A DNA stretch of 64,000 bases from Octopus sinensis (GCF_006345805.1 NW_021833870.1:2778-66777), one strand, 5' to 3'; counted from the stretch's first letter, positions 13,245 to 25,817 are shown. Translations and numbers: made by a program. The notes: generated from the letters alone by a model not told the origin.

Positions 13245-14051
13245 TGTGTGTGTGGTGCGTGCGTGCGTGTGTGTGTGCGTGTGTGTATTTATACTGCAAA
13301 GTGTGTGTGAGAGAGACAAAGACAGAGGGATAGATAGGGGAGAGAGAAGATTGCAAGCAATGAATGAAATAAACATGAAATGAAAAAAAATCGTATAAAT
13401 AAAAGTTCGTTAAAAACTATCTTGTACCGAAAATTTAAATTTGTGGACTTGAAATATTCAATAATAAAAGGAAGATCAGAAAGTAAATTTTCCTGGAAAC
13501 TTTAAGTTATAAAAAATCTCACTTGCTTAGTAAATATTTCTCTCAGTAATTTATCGTTAGTAAATATTTCTTTCAGTACTATATACGTTTAGAGTGCTAG
13601 AAATAGCAGCGATCACATAGTTATTATTGTAATGCGTATAGCGCTCCAAACAGCCATACCAACAAAATCACTTCTTAATTTTTATAAACAAATTATACCG
13701 GTATATTAAAAAAAAATTTTTTCATCAAAACTAAGCCGCAAAGTTATGGAGCTATCTTGTCTTACAGCATTCTTTCATTCAATTAATAATTTTTTTTTTT
13801 TACATTACGTATAGAATAAACTGTGAGTTTTGCAAATAGCAAATTAAAGCTTGAAATAATGACGGTATACTAAGTATATCAGTCCCCCATTTGCTTTAGT
13901 AACTTCTTCGTTTTCATGTGTATCTTTGACCAATAACATTTGACCAATATATATGTATATATATATATAATATATATATATATACTAATATATATATATA
14001 TATATATATACATACATGTATATATATGTTTGTGTGTGTGGATACGTATTA

Positions 14052-14245
14052 GTTGATTCAGTCATGTGATTGCGGTTATACTGGAGCATCACATTTTAGT
14101 CGAACAAATGGATCCTAGAACTTATTGATTTCATAGCCTGGTACTTATTCTAATCGGTTGTTTAACCGAACCGCTAGTTTATGGAGACATAAACACCCCA
14201 TTACCGGTTGTAAAAGCAGTGATGAGGGGCAAACACAAGACACAC
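14052..14245 (-). mobile_element. Degraded family-2 SINE 3' part
   Basis: ttcagtcatgtgattgcgg..ctggagcatc..tagtcgaacaaat..ccgaaccgctag..ggttgtaaaagc..caaacac. Confidence 0.65.
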
Positions 14246-14309
14246 ACATACATATATATACAAATATATATTATATATATATATACATATATATATATAT
14301 AATATATAT

Positions 14310-14342
<33 letters not shown>

Positions 14343-14552
14343 GGAAACAAAAGGGTTTATAGTGCTGCAAAAAAAGTGCTCAAATATAATTGAGAGAGAG
14401 ATGCACTTTAACTGTTATCGAACAACGGCAATGAACTCCCGAAATGGCCATGAGTAATGTTTTTATTCCAGGTTCACAAACAAAACTGTCCCACGAACGG
14501 GGACGTGAAATTCTGAGTGATAATTTTTGTGATATTTTGCGTTTTTTTAGTA

Positions 14553-14599
<47 letters not shown>

Positions 14600-15021
14600 T
14601 GCAAATATGTACGAAATACGAAAACATGGAATACGAAATTTTGCGAACAACAAAAGAAACTCAAGATAGGAAAAGAAAGATGGCCGATGGTCTAGTCCGA
14701 GCAACGAAAGAGCAAAGGAGGAAGAGTGAGGGAGAGAGAGGGACAGACAGAGATCCGGGAAGGGAAGAGGAAAAGAATTACAGAAAGGATGAGAGAGAAA
14801 AACGAAAGGGGGAGAGGAGATAAAAAGAACTAGAGAAAGGAAGAGAGAGGAAACGAAAGGGGAGAGGGAAGGAGAAATAGAAATAAAAATAGAGATAGTA
14901 ATTGAACAATAAGAGTCGCATCGAAATTACTAACATAAAACTTACTTGGAAATGAATGCGTGGCGTTCATCATATAATAATATAAATAATATAATAAATA
15001 TAATATAATATTATATAGTAT

Positions 15022-15108
<87 letters not shown>

Positions 15109-15139
15109 CATATATATATAATGCATATACACATATATA

Positions 15140-15690
15140 TTGGATTGTCCGCAAAGTTCGTGCGGACAAATATCAATAAATACTTGCCATTACATTTTTA
15201 ATCAACCAAATATGAACCTTTTTGTCGCACAATGCGCCTCCATCTTTCCTTTAACCTGAAAATACCCTCTTCCCAGAACTGAGGTGGTTTCATGGCAACT
15301 AAGTCATAAAGGTATCTTCTTACTTAATCCAATGAAGTGAAATTTTCACCACTAAGACTATTCTGCAGAGACCTGAATAGGTGGAAATCCGAAGGAGCAA
15401 TATCTGGTGAATATGTAAGGGGGTGTAATACATCCCAGCCGATCTGCGGCAATTTTTGTCTGGTTCCCAAAGCACCAAGTGCCGAAAATGAACTTTCTCA
15501 TCTTCCATTTTACAGGGTTACAGAATTAACACAGGTTATAGGAACACAAACCTTCTTCCACGAAAAGATAGCTTAAACAGTGCTCTAAATGGAGGTGTAG
15601 TCAAATCGTATTTTATGGACTCAACCATGTTCTAAAATAAGTCGAAAATTAAGCTACTATAAATCGGCACGAACTTTCCGGACTACCCAA
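15140..15690 (-). mobile_element. Mariner (Tc1/mariner) internal-deletion derivative
   Basis: ~28-bp TIRs (ttggattgtccgcaaagttcgtgcgga / tcggcacgaactttccggactacccaa) flanked by TA; the minus strand encodes QKLPQIGWDVLHPLTYSPDIAPSDFHLFRSLQNSLSGENF..EEGIFRLKERWRRIVRQKGSY, including the mariner YSPDLAP motif. Confidence 0.9.
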
Positions 15691-15841
15691 TATATACATA
15701 CACTAGTACGTACATACATACATACATACATACATACTACATTATATATATATATATATATTATATATATATATATATATATAATATATATATATATGTA
15801 TGTATATGTATATACATACAAACATTCCTACATAAATACGT

Positions 15842-15937
15842 ACTTCGAATGACCCGTCCTTGTTTGCTTTGTATCGTCTATCTGGATGTTTTTTGTCCTT
15901 TTTTGTATCACCTGCGTTCTTGTCTTGTCCCATTTTG

Positions 15938-15940
<3 letters not shown>
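15842..15940 (-). mobile_element. Terminal fragment of a repeat family (probable PLE tail B)
   Basis: cttcgaatgacccgtccttgtttgctttgtatcgtctatctggatg is the reverse complement of 16570-16656; a third copy lies at 17060-17182; all abut (TA)n. The PLE assignment is inference. Confidence 0.5.
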
Positions 15941-15981
<41 letters not shown>

Positions 15982-15986
<5 letters not shown>

Positions 15987-16392
15987 AAAGTAAAAAGTGA
16001 AAAAACTACAGAAGGCTTGTTTTAAAAGGTTAAAAAAAATATATATTTGAGTCAATATGTCTGAAGAATGTTATCAATTTTTTTCTTACAATGACATAGT
16101 TTTAAGCGATTATCTCCCTTACACCGGAAGAAATCACTTATTACCTCCCCTTATTTAAAACTCTTCTCAACATAAACATAACGACGTAAGACATTTGAAA
16201 AGCTGAACGCGAAACCGGTCATTTCTTCTAAACTATGTCATTGTAAGAAAAAAATTGATAACATTCTTCAGACATATTGACTCAAATATATATATTTTTT
16301 AACCTTTTAAAACAGGCCTTCTGTAGTTTTTTCACTTTTTACTATTTCTATATATATTCAACCACGTGCTTTCACAAACCACTTTCTCATCT
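15982..16392 (+). mobile_element. Miniature PLE: 3' UTR with an inverted copy of its tail
   Basis: 16102-16345 matches the 3' UTR of the PLE at 20762-21032, starting at its stop codon (taagcgattatctccc); 15982-16101 is the reverse complement of 16230-16345. Confidence 0.8.
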
Positions 16393-16397
16393 CTCTC

Positions 16398-16458
<61 letters not shown>

Positions 16459-16502
16459 ATTATATGTATTATGTATACATACAAACATACATAAATACGT
16501 AC

Positions 16503-16561
<59 letters not shown>

Positions 16562-16563
<2 letters not shown>

Positions 16564-16985
16564 AATACAAAATGGGACAAGAACGCAGGTGCTACAAAAC
16601 GGACAAATAACATCCAGATAGACGATACAAAGAAAACAAGGACGGGTCATTCGAAGCCCTCTATCCTCAGTCAAGCACCAGATTATCCTTGCATTAGATT
16701 CCTTGGAAGAAACAACGAATGTATACAAAAACAAGGACAGAAAATACAATAACATATACAATATACAATAATAATAGGACATAACAACGGGTGTCTTTCG
16801 ACTAAGAACGAATAGAATTAAGCTGGCGCGTGTGGAAATGAAGCCTTACGGCAGAGATACACAGATTTCACAAACACAGGGAAGAATATCGATGTTGCAC
16901 GGACAACGGTCAGATCAAGAAAGAAAGAGAAGGCTTGGCCGATCGGTCACGTGGGAAGAGAAGAGAGAGAAGTAGAAGCAGAGGA
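16562..16985 (+). mobile_element. Longer copy of repeat tail B
   Basis: Contains the unit also found at 15842-15940 and 17060-17182; bounded by (TA)n on both sides. Confidence 0.5.
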
Positions 16986-17178
16986 ACATATATATATATA
17001 TAAGAGATCAAAGTGTACGTACGCCGCTATATTTTAATATATAAAAAATACACAAATGGTGGGTCATTCGGAGTTTTCCGTCCTTGTTTTCTTTGTATCG
17101 TCTGTCTGGATGTGTTGTAGTCCCTTTTTGTATCACCTAACTGTCTGGATGTTTTGCGATCTCGTCCCATTTGTGTAT

Positions 17179-17257
<79 letters not shown>

Positions 17258-17401
17258 ATAATAAGATATGAATTAGAGGTGCTGAAACCTCTAAGGGATA
17301 GATGTATCCAGAGGCACTCCTGGTGATTACCTCAGTATGTATGGTCCTTGTTATAAGGTATACGGCAGCAGGTAATTTAAAAGGTAAACCGTAGTTTAAT
17401 G

Positions 17402-17598
17402 TATATAAAGACGATAAGAAAATGGAGAAATAAATAACAATGAAAAGTGGATCTTAAGTATTATAAAGCCATTATTTTATTAATCAAGTAAGATAGGAGT
17501 ATGATACTCCCATCTTAATTAATTAAATAATGGCTTTATAGCACCAAAATCTACTTCTCATTGTGATTTATTTCTCCATTTCTTGATCGTCTATATAT
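17402..17598. repeat. Foldback element with ~100-bp arms and TA-rich ends
   Basis: tatataaagacgataagaaaatggagaaataaat...agataggagtat, g, atactcccatct...atttatttctccattttcttgatcgtctatatata. Confidence 0.85.
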
Positions 17599-17608
17599 AA
17601 TAATAATA

Positions 17609-17657
<49 letters not shown>

Positions 17658-17659
17658 TC

Positions 17660-20138
17660 CTGTTTATTATGTTCTAGTGAATTTAAAGAAATAAAGTTTA
17701 ATAATCATAATAAATTAGCTAATTCATTAGACGACCGTAAAATTAAATGTAGACACAAATTACATAACTTATGTAATAAATTTTTAGATAAATAGTGAGT
17801 ATATTTAAACCCTATTTTTGTTTCTAATTTGTAGTTATAATTTGTACTAGTATTAAATCTATAATTTAGCATGTGATTATATATTTTATATTACATAATT
17901 AAATAAATTTAAATTAATTATTTATTATTAAATAGATAAATAAATTAATTAATTAATTAAGAGTTGTAGTTGTAGGTTTGTAGGATGTTTTGAATATAAG
18001 TTAATAAGAGTTAGTAAAGGTTTTTTACATACTTAGAGTTAGATTATATCTTGATGTTTATTTAATTACTAAATATATAATTTATTTAATGAATATAGAT
18101 TAAAAGATAGTTATTTCATTATTTTGTTGTTATTGTTGTTGTTATTATTATTATACTTATTATATGTGTGCTAAAATTAATAGTATTAAGTATTTTGTTG
18201 GGGAAATAGTTTTTGCAACGTTAAATAATTTTGAATATGTAGTAAAAGTTCTATCTTTATGTACTATTTATTTATAATAATAATATGTACTTTATTTATT
18301 TAATTAAGGAGCGAAGTATTTGATCTAAATATAAATTAATTTATTTATATAATAAGTTTAATTTATTACTTAGGATTTGTTTTGAATATTAATTTGATAT
18401 ATAATATACATTTGTTGTAAACGACAGTCTAGTTTATGCTTTGTAATAATTTTTTTATATATATTAGTAAACATGACTTTGTATTATATATTTCGAATTA
18501 GATTTATTTAGATGTTTATTTAATTCATTAATATAATTAATTAATGAATATTAATTCCATTATAGTTTTTAAATTAACTTAAGTTTATTAAATTAGTGGC
18601 TATAATATTGATACTGATAGAATTAGTACTGAGTTTATATAGAATGGGTCTAAAAGTTGTTTTGTTCGAATAAAAGTTGGGCTCCAGCGTAACCATATTT
18701 ATATATATGAAACAAATAAATTTGTATAAGAGTATTAGAGAATATACAGTAAATTGTAGTAATATAAATTAATTTTACTATATGGTGATTTGAGTATATT
18801 TTATCGTAGTTAATTCTAAATTTTAGTTTTCTCGTGAATGATATTCTAGTGTATAGTGATTTTATACTCTCTTAGAGATTTTATTCTCTTTTTCTGTTAA
18901 AGCTAAAATATATTTTTTACTTTTCATTGATAAAATGTATATTTCCATCTGTTTTCTCTATTTCTTTAAGCAACGTAATTCACGAGTAATTTATAAACGC
19001 TAAATAAGACGTTTTTCGTTTTGAAAATTTTTTAGTTAATAACACACCTTCTGGAGAGATAAGTAGACTTTTTTTATTTAAGAAATATTATTGTACTCTA
19101 TATAAGTATTGATTGTTAAATATGAATTTGTAATTTTTTACTTGTTAATGATAATTTAGATATGTACTTTTATTTAATTATTATTTTTTATAATTATTAT
19201 ATCTGAACCTATATTTTAGAATTAGTTAGTCACTTTGGGATCTAGATCGTAAAAACGTTTTAATTTAGCTAAAAGTTTCTTATATTTCTGGTATTATAAC
19301 ATTTAATAATAATAGTAATAATAAGTATTTTATAAAGATACGTTATACGTTTTTACTTTGGAATTTTTCAATTCTTATTTTTTATTTCACAAATATTTTC
19401 GAAAGATATCTATAATATTTATGTACGTAATAATGGACTAATTTATTTATTGTTTATATGTTTATTGATAGAAAAAATGTAGATATAATTACTATATTTA
19501 TTGACTATAATTTAGATACTTATTTTTATATATTTATTATTTTATAATTATTATATGCGAACTAAAATCTAAAAGTATTAAGAGTGATTGTTTTGTAAAA
19601 TAGATTGGTAATTAAATATTAGAGTATAACTAGGTTAAAGATATTCTATAGTTTATTAATGTTTTTTATTAAGATAAATTATATCTTCACAGATAAATAC
19701 ATTTTTCTATCTATCTACTCTATTTTTTTAACTTAAATATTTAACATAAATAAATGTATTGTAGGAAATTGGTCCTAATGTTTTAAGTTTCAAATTTAGT
19801 TAATGGAGTTTCTTCTATAAGAAGAATCATTATTTTGTTTTTTTAATAAATATTGTTTAATTCTATTTGCATATTTATTTAACTATTATTGTTAACCTGA
19901 AGAGTAACTATAATTGTAAATTGAATTGATTTCGATTAAATATAAATTTAATTGTAATTCGAATTTAATTATAGCCATGAAACGTAGATAGTCTTTTTTA
20001 CTTATTATATATTGATTATACATTTTTATAGTTTTTGTGATATAGTTATATATTTTATAAAAATATTTAAAAATTTTTATTTAGGATTTGATTATGTCTA
20101 TCATTGTTGAATTGCATGATAGTGGTTTTTTTTCTCTA
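17660..20138 (-). pseudogene. Extremely AT-rich island, probably a heavily decayed PLE RT region
   Basis: Non-microsatellite DNA with 7-15 G+C per 60 nt in the three lines counted. The minus strand gives VKNYKFIFNNQYLY (~19106-19140), IEKTDGNIHFINEK (~18920-18960), YSNHH (~18782-18796) and LKTLGP (~19770-19787), collinear with PLE RT motifs; many TAA stops and no YxDD found. Confidence 0.45.
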
Positions 20139-20172
<34 letters not shown>

Positions 20173-20273
20173 ATATATTATATACTATATACATGTGCAT
20201 ATATACATATATATGTATATATATATATAGATATAGATATACATAGATACCCCACCACCACACACATATATAT

Positions 20274-20305
<32 letters not shown>

Positions 20306-20406
20306 ATATATAGAGAGAGATGAGAGAGAGAGAGAGATAGATATATATATATATATATAGATATAGATATCTAAATACATAGATACACACAAACATATAC
20401 ATACAT

Positions 20407-20449
<43 letters not shown>

Positions 20450-20460
20450 ATATATATATA

Positions 20461-20644
20461 CGGAGATTTCACCCAAAAATCAAAAGACGAAGACAGATGG
20501 TGTAGAAACCAAATAGATGTATTAGTATAACGTTCGGGAAGTGAAAAAGCCTTTAACGTTTCGAGCCTACGCTCTTCCACAGAAAGGAACACAGAAAGAA
20601 ACAAGGAGAGAAAATAAAGAATGTGTAGTGGCTAGCGATCTATC

Positions 20645-20645
<1 letters not shown>
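20461..20645 (-). mobile_element. PLE terminal repeat (pLTR family C) with a hammerhead-like fold
   Basis: Same sequence as the tail of the PLE at 33415-34318. The minus strand at 20550-20587 reads ccttt CTGTGGA a gagc-gtag-gctc GAAA C GTT aaagg. Confidence 0.65.
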
Positions 20646-20720
<75 letters not shown>

Positions 20721-20761
20721 ATATATATATATATATATATATAATCCATATATATATATAA

Positions 20762-22904
20762 AGAAAATAGTAAAAAGTGAAAAAATTACAGAAGGCTTTT
20801 TTAAAAGGTTAAAAATATATATATTTGAGTCAATATGTCTGAAGAATATTATAAATTTTTTTCTTACAATGACATAGTTTAGAAGAAATGACCGGTTTCG
20901 CGTTTAGCTTTTCAAATTTCTTACAACGTTATGTTTATGTTGAGAAGAGTTATCGTTATGTTTATGTTGAGAAGAGTTCTAAATAAGGGGAGGTAATAAG
21001 TGATTTATTCCGGTGTAAGGGAGATAATCGCTTAAATTTTTTTGCCTTTCCTTTGGGGTGAATTTCTCTGTATAGGTATGTTGGAATGGTTAAGTCTGGG
21101 CTTGTACTTTTCAATGAAGAATGTTTCCTTGTTTAGTCTAATTTGTGTTGGTGTTCCTATAGCACATTGGTAAAATGGAAAGATTAAAAATTGTGGTAGT
21201 ACTTTCTTTGCGCATTTCTCAATGTGCTCACTAAAAGGTAGCATTCTGTATTCTGGGAATGCAATCTGTTGTCGATGCAGTGTGCATCTACGTCTGAGTG
21301 ATAGTCCCGTGGATCCCACGTAGTCTTGGTGGCAGCCCGAGCATTTTATGACATAAATTATGTTTTCAGAGGCACAACTAAAATTAGATTTGATCTTGAA
21401 TTTCTGTCCCTCTTTGAAGAGGAATTCTGATCCTTCTAGCAGGTTTGGACATGTTGCACAGTTCGGTCTACCACATTTTTTTACTTTTGCATCCGTAATT
21501 TCAGAAAATAATTTTGCCTTTGTGAGAATCTTTTTAAGCGATATAGGTTGTTTGTAGCTTTTAATGATTTGGTGTATGTTTAGAATTTCCTTTAATTTGG
21601 GGTCCTTATGAAGTATTGGTAAATTCTGGGTGATGATGGTGAAGGCTTCTTTGTTTCTGGGGTTGTATGTGGATATGTAAGGTAGTATTTTCGGGGAAGG
21701 TGTGTTGTTGTGTTGAACTTTTCTTAAAGTTTCTATGTTGATTTCTGTTGCACGTCTGATCCCATCCTCTATGAGTTGAGCTGGGTAATGTCTGTTAATT
21801 AGGGTGTTTTTGAGTTCTTGCAGTCTAAAGTTCCTGGTATTTTGTTCTGACACTATTGTGCATATCCTTCTTGCAAGGTTGAAGGGGATTGTTGTTTAGT
21901 GTGTCTTGGGTGGCATGAATTAAAAAGAAGGTATTGTTTGGCGTCTGTAGCTTTGTAAAATGTCTGTTTCTATTTTAAGGTTAATTTTTTAATTAGTATA
22001 TCCAAGAATGGGAGCTCCTTTTGGTTGTATTCCATTGTGAACTGTATATTTGGGTTTATTATGCGTTCAATAGGTTTTTAAATTTTAGGAGTTTATCTGT
22101 GTTTTCATTCCAGAGTATAAAACAATCGTCCAGGAATCGTTTCCAATTCTCTTTTTGTATTGAGAGAGGGGGTTTCCAAAGATTGATAAAGATTCCTGGT
22201 AAATGATTATTTCTAGGTAGCCCATTGTTAGGTTCGCAATGACTGGTGCTGCCCTTGTACCCATAGCAATTCGGATTTTTGACGGTAAAATGTATGTCAA
22301 ACATGAAGTGGTTATTATGTAGGATGAATTCAATTGATTTAGTAATGAATTCTTTACTGATCCTTTTTGGTATTCTTCCGGAAATTGGTCCAGCCAGAAC
22401 TGTATTGCCTCTAGTCCATAATTATGAGGTTATACTGTATATAAGTTAACTACATCAAATGAAACCATGATTGTTTCTTCCTTGGCTTTTTTGGAAGGTG
22501 GTTAACATCTAAGTCATCTCTGATATGGCTATCGATATGTTTAAGGAAGGGTTTCAGGAGGATGCCCATAAATAGATTTAGTCTGTGTGTTTCACAGGTT
22601 GGGCCAGCTACAATGGGTCGTAGTTTTAGGTTCCCCGGGTTTGGTGTGTGTATGTATGTCTTTGGTGATTTTTTAATGGTTTCATTTATAATTTGGCTTT
22701 TATGAATTTTTGGCAGACCATAGAAGAGGCTAGGTTTGCATTTAAAGTTATGTCATTGTAAGAAAAAAGTTTATAATATTCTTCAGACATATTGACTCAA
22801 ATATATATTTTTTAACCTTTTAAAACAAGCCTTCTGTAGTTTTTTCACTTTTTACTATTTTCTATATATTCAACCACGTGCTTTCACAAACCAAATTTCT
22901 CATC
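20762..22904 (-). mobile_element. 5'-truncated Penelope-like retroelement (RT + GIY-YIG) with an inverted tail at the 5' junction
   Basis: RT motifs FYGLPKIHK, LRPIVAGP, SFDVVNLY, AMGTRAAPVIANL and WKRFLDD in shifting frames (21900-22742); endonuclease ORF at 21032-21853; 22745-22865 is an inverted copy of the 3' tail 20762-20880; flanked by (TA)n. Confidence 0.92.
21032..21853 (-). CDS. PLE C-terminal domain with zinc-binding linker and GIY-YIG endonuclease (273 aa, remainder of a frameshifted ORF)
   Basis: KCGRPNCATC linker, IYVIKCSGCHQDYVGSTGLSLRRRCTLH (GIY-YIG-type), PFSEHIEKC and LNKETFFIEKYKPRLN. Confidence 0.8.
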   Translation of the reverse strand: MSEQNTRNFRLQELKNTLINRHYPAQLIEDGIRRATEINIETLRKVQHNNTPSPKILPYISTYNPRNKEAFTIITQNLPILHKDPKLKEILNIHQIIKSYKQPISLKKILTKAKLFSEITDAKVKKCGRPNCATCPNLLEGSEFLFKEGQKFKIKSNFSCASENIIYVIKCSGCHQDYVGSTGLSLRRRCTLHRQQIAFPEYRMLPFSEHIEKCAKKVLPQFLIFPFYQCAIGTPTQIRLNKETFFIEKYKPRLNHSNIPIQRNSPQRKGKKI

Positions 22905-22972
22905 TATATATATATATATATATATATATTTATGTATGTATGTATGTATGTATGTATGTATGTATGTATGTA

Positions 22973-23694
22973 TGTATGTATGTATACAGGGTGTTTCATA
23001 ATGATCAGACGCATACTTTGGTTATACATTATTCATATCCCTTAAGTAATGTTATAGTCGATGAAATGGCCACACACCCATTCGACAAAAAAAAAGAGTC
23101 ACCGTTAGTGTGAATCGGGTATATGTGCAATGAAGTAGCCTATAGAGTTGCCACGTACAAACCATAGAATTTTATTATAACCGGGTATATAGTCAAGCCA
23201 ATGATTCTCTGACCTTATTTTTCAATTCCGGGTGGTGAAAAGGAAAAAGAAAAGGTAAGAGAAAAGAACGCTGTCGACGTCACACGGGCATGAACTCAAA
23301 ACACAAAGATGACGACGACGACAATAACATTAACAACAACAAGGACATTAGTAAAACTAGTATTAAGTATGAAATGAATTGTAAAAAGCGAACAGTCAGC
23401 ATCTATTGTTATGGCTGGTATGTCATTTGTTGTTGTAGTTATTGTTGTTGTTGTTGTTGTCGAAACTGGACATTAAGTGCAGTGATGTGAGTCTAGCATA
23501 CGCTGAGAGGGTTTGAGTACTTGAATACATTAGAAGTCAACACCAGAATAATGTGTGTCAGCTCTGCCTCTTCTCTCGGGTTATTCGGTGCATTTCTGTA
23601 CAACAACCACACACTAAGCTAATTATGAAAATAATAATAAGGCCTACAAAGTACACGCACTCATCACACACACACGCATACGTAACTACATTCA

Positions 23695-23744
<50 letters not shown>

Positions 23745-23782
23745 GAGAGAGAGATATTTAGCATTTCTCTCTCTCTTCATAT

Positions 23783-23816
<34 letters not shown>

Positions 23817-24567
23817 CATAGAGAGAGAGAGAAACACATATAATGTATGTATGTATACAGGGTGTTTCATAATGATCAGACGCATACTTTGGTTATACAT
23901 TATTCATATCCCTTAAGTAATGTTATAGTCGATGAAATGGCCACACACCCATTTCGACAAAAAAAAAAGAGTCACCGTTAGTGTGAATCGGGTATATGGT
24001 GCAATGAAGTAGCCTATAGAGTTGCCACGTACAAAACCATAGAATTTTATTATAACCGGGTATATAGTCAAGCCAATGATTCTCTGACCTTATTTTTCAA
24101 TTCCGGGTGGTGAAAAGGAAAAAGAAAAGGTAAGAGAAAAGAACGCTGTCGACGTCACACGGGCATGAACTCAAAACACAAAGATGACGACGACGACAAT
24201 AACATTAACAACAACAAGGACATTAGTAAAACTAGTATTAAGTATGAAATGAATTGTAAAAAGCGAACAGTCAGCTCTATTGTTATGGCTGGTATGTCAG
24301 TTGTTGTTGTAGTATTGTTGTTGTTGTTGTTGTCGAAACTGGACATTAAGTGCAGTGATGTGAGTCTAGCATACGCTGAGAGGGTTTGAGTACTTGAATA
24401 CATTAGAAGTCAACACCAAGAATGATGTGTCAGCTCTGCCTCTTCTCTCGGGTTATTCGGTGCATTTCTGTACAACAACCACACACTAAGCTAATTATGA
24501 AAATAATAATAGGCCTAAAAAGTACCACGCACTCATCACACACACACGCATACGTAACTACATTCAG

Positions 24568-24604
<37 letters not shown>

Positions 24605-24652
24605 GAGAGTGAGAGAGAGAGAGAGAGATATTTAGCATTTCTCTCTCTCTCA

Positions 24653-24697
<45 letters not shown>

Positions 24698-24734
24698 TAG
24701 AGAGAGAGAGAAACACATATAATGTATGTATGTA
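22973..24734 (+). repeat. 871-bp tandem duplication (2 near-identical units)
   Basis: tatacagggtgtttcataatgatcag occurs at 22983 and 23854; the units differ mainly by small indels; junctions lie in (TATG)n. Confidence 0.92.
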
Positions 24735-24863
24735 ATAATGTATGTATTCATACACAGACACACACACATCTCTTACATATGTAGGTGTGTGTGTATACAC
24801 GCCCACTGAAATACCTATGTTATGTATGCATATGTATGTATGTATCTAAGTAAGTAAGCATGG

Positions 24864-24899
<36 letters not shown>

Positions 24900-25187
24900 C
24901 TATATATATATATACATACACTGATACGCACACATCACTTGTATATGTAGTGTGTATATATATAAATACACACGCCCACTAACATACCTATGCTATGTAT
25001 GCATGCGTAAGTTTGTGTGTGGGTGTGTATATATAATTATATATATGTGTGTGTGTATAAATGTATGTATATACACACACATACACACAAGTCCACTCAG
25101 ATTTTTGCTTTGTGTATGCATACGTAATTTTGTGTATATGCCTACATGTGTGCGTAGGTATGCATGTGTGTGCGTGTGTGTGCGTGC

Positions 25188-25218
<31 letters not shown>

Positions 25219-25749
25219 TGTGTGTGTGTGTTTGTGTTTCTTCTGTGGTGCCTACGTAAATATACTTTCCTGGCATGTGTTGAAGAGTACAGCCGAAAAT
25301 GAGGTCCTATTATCAGCAGCGTGTGTTGGAATATGAAGAGAATATGATGTGACGATGCGAATGGAAAAGAACTAAAATGACATTAAATAAGAATAGTTGA
25401 GGTGAGAAATTCAATAGAATTGCTTCTTGCTACACATTGAAATACGTTTAGTTTAATAATCATGTTGGAAACAAGATTACATAAATAATTGATGATAGCG
25501 AAGTTCGTACATGAGCAGACCAGCGGATTAGGAATGATGACGATAATGACAACAACAACAACAGCAACAGCAACAACACTAGCAACGATAATCACGTCAA
25601 CAACAATAACATCATCAATAACAACAACAACAATAACAATTTCAACTTCGACAATCATAACACTAATAATAATAACAATAATAACGGAGTAGAAATATTA
25701 GCAAATGAAGATGGTGGATGATAAAAATATAATGCTTGCAAAAACATTA

Positions 25750-25817
25750 ATGTGAATAATAATAATAATAATAATATAATAATAATAATAATAATAATAA
25801 TTAATAATATCATAATC

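Noticed and set aside
16180-16230. Hammerhead in the main PLE 3' UTR (cgaaaccggtc)
   Set aside because: GAAAC-palindrome-GUC is present, but I found no CUGANGA core in register with a stem I.
17660-20138. Organellar (mitochondrial or apicoplast) gene cluster
   Set aside because: I recognised no rRNA, tRNA or organellar protein motif, and the only collinear motifs are PLE-like; not fully excluded without a search.
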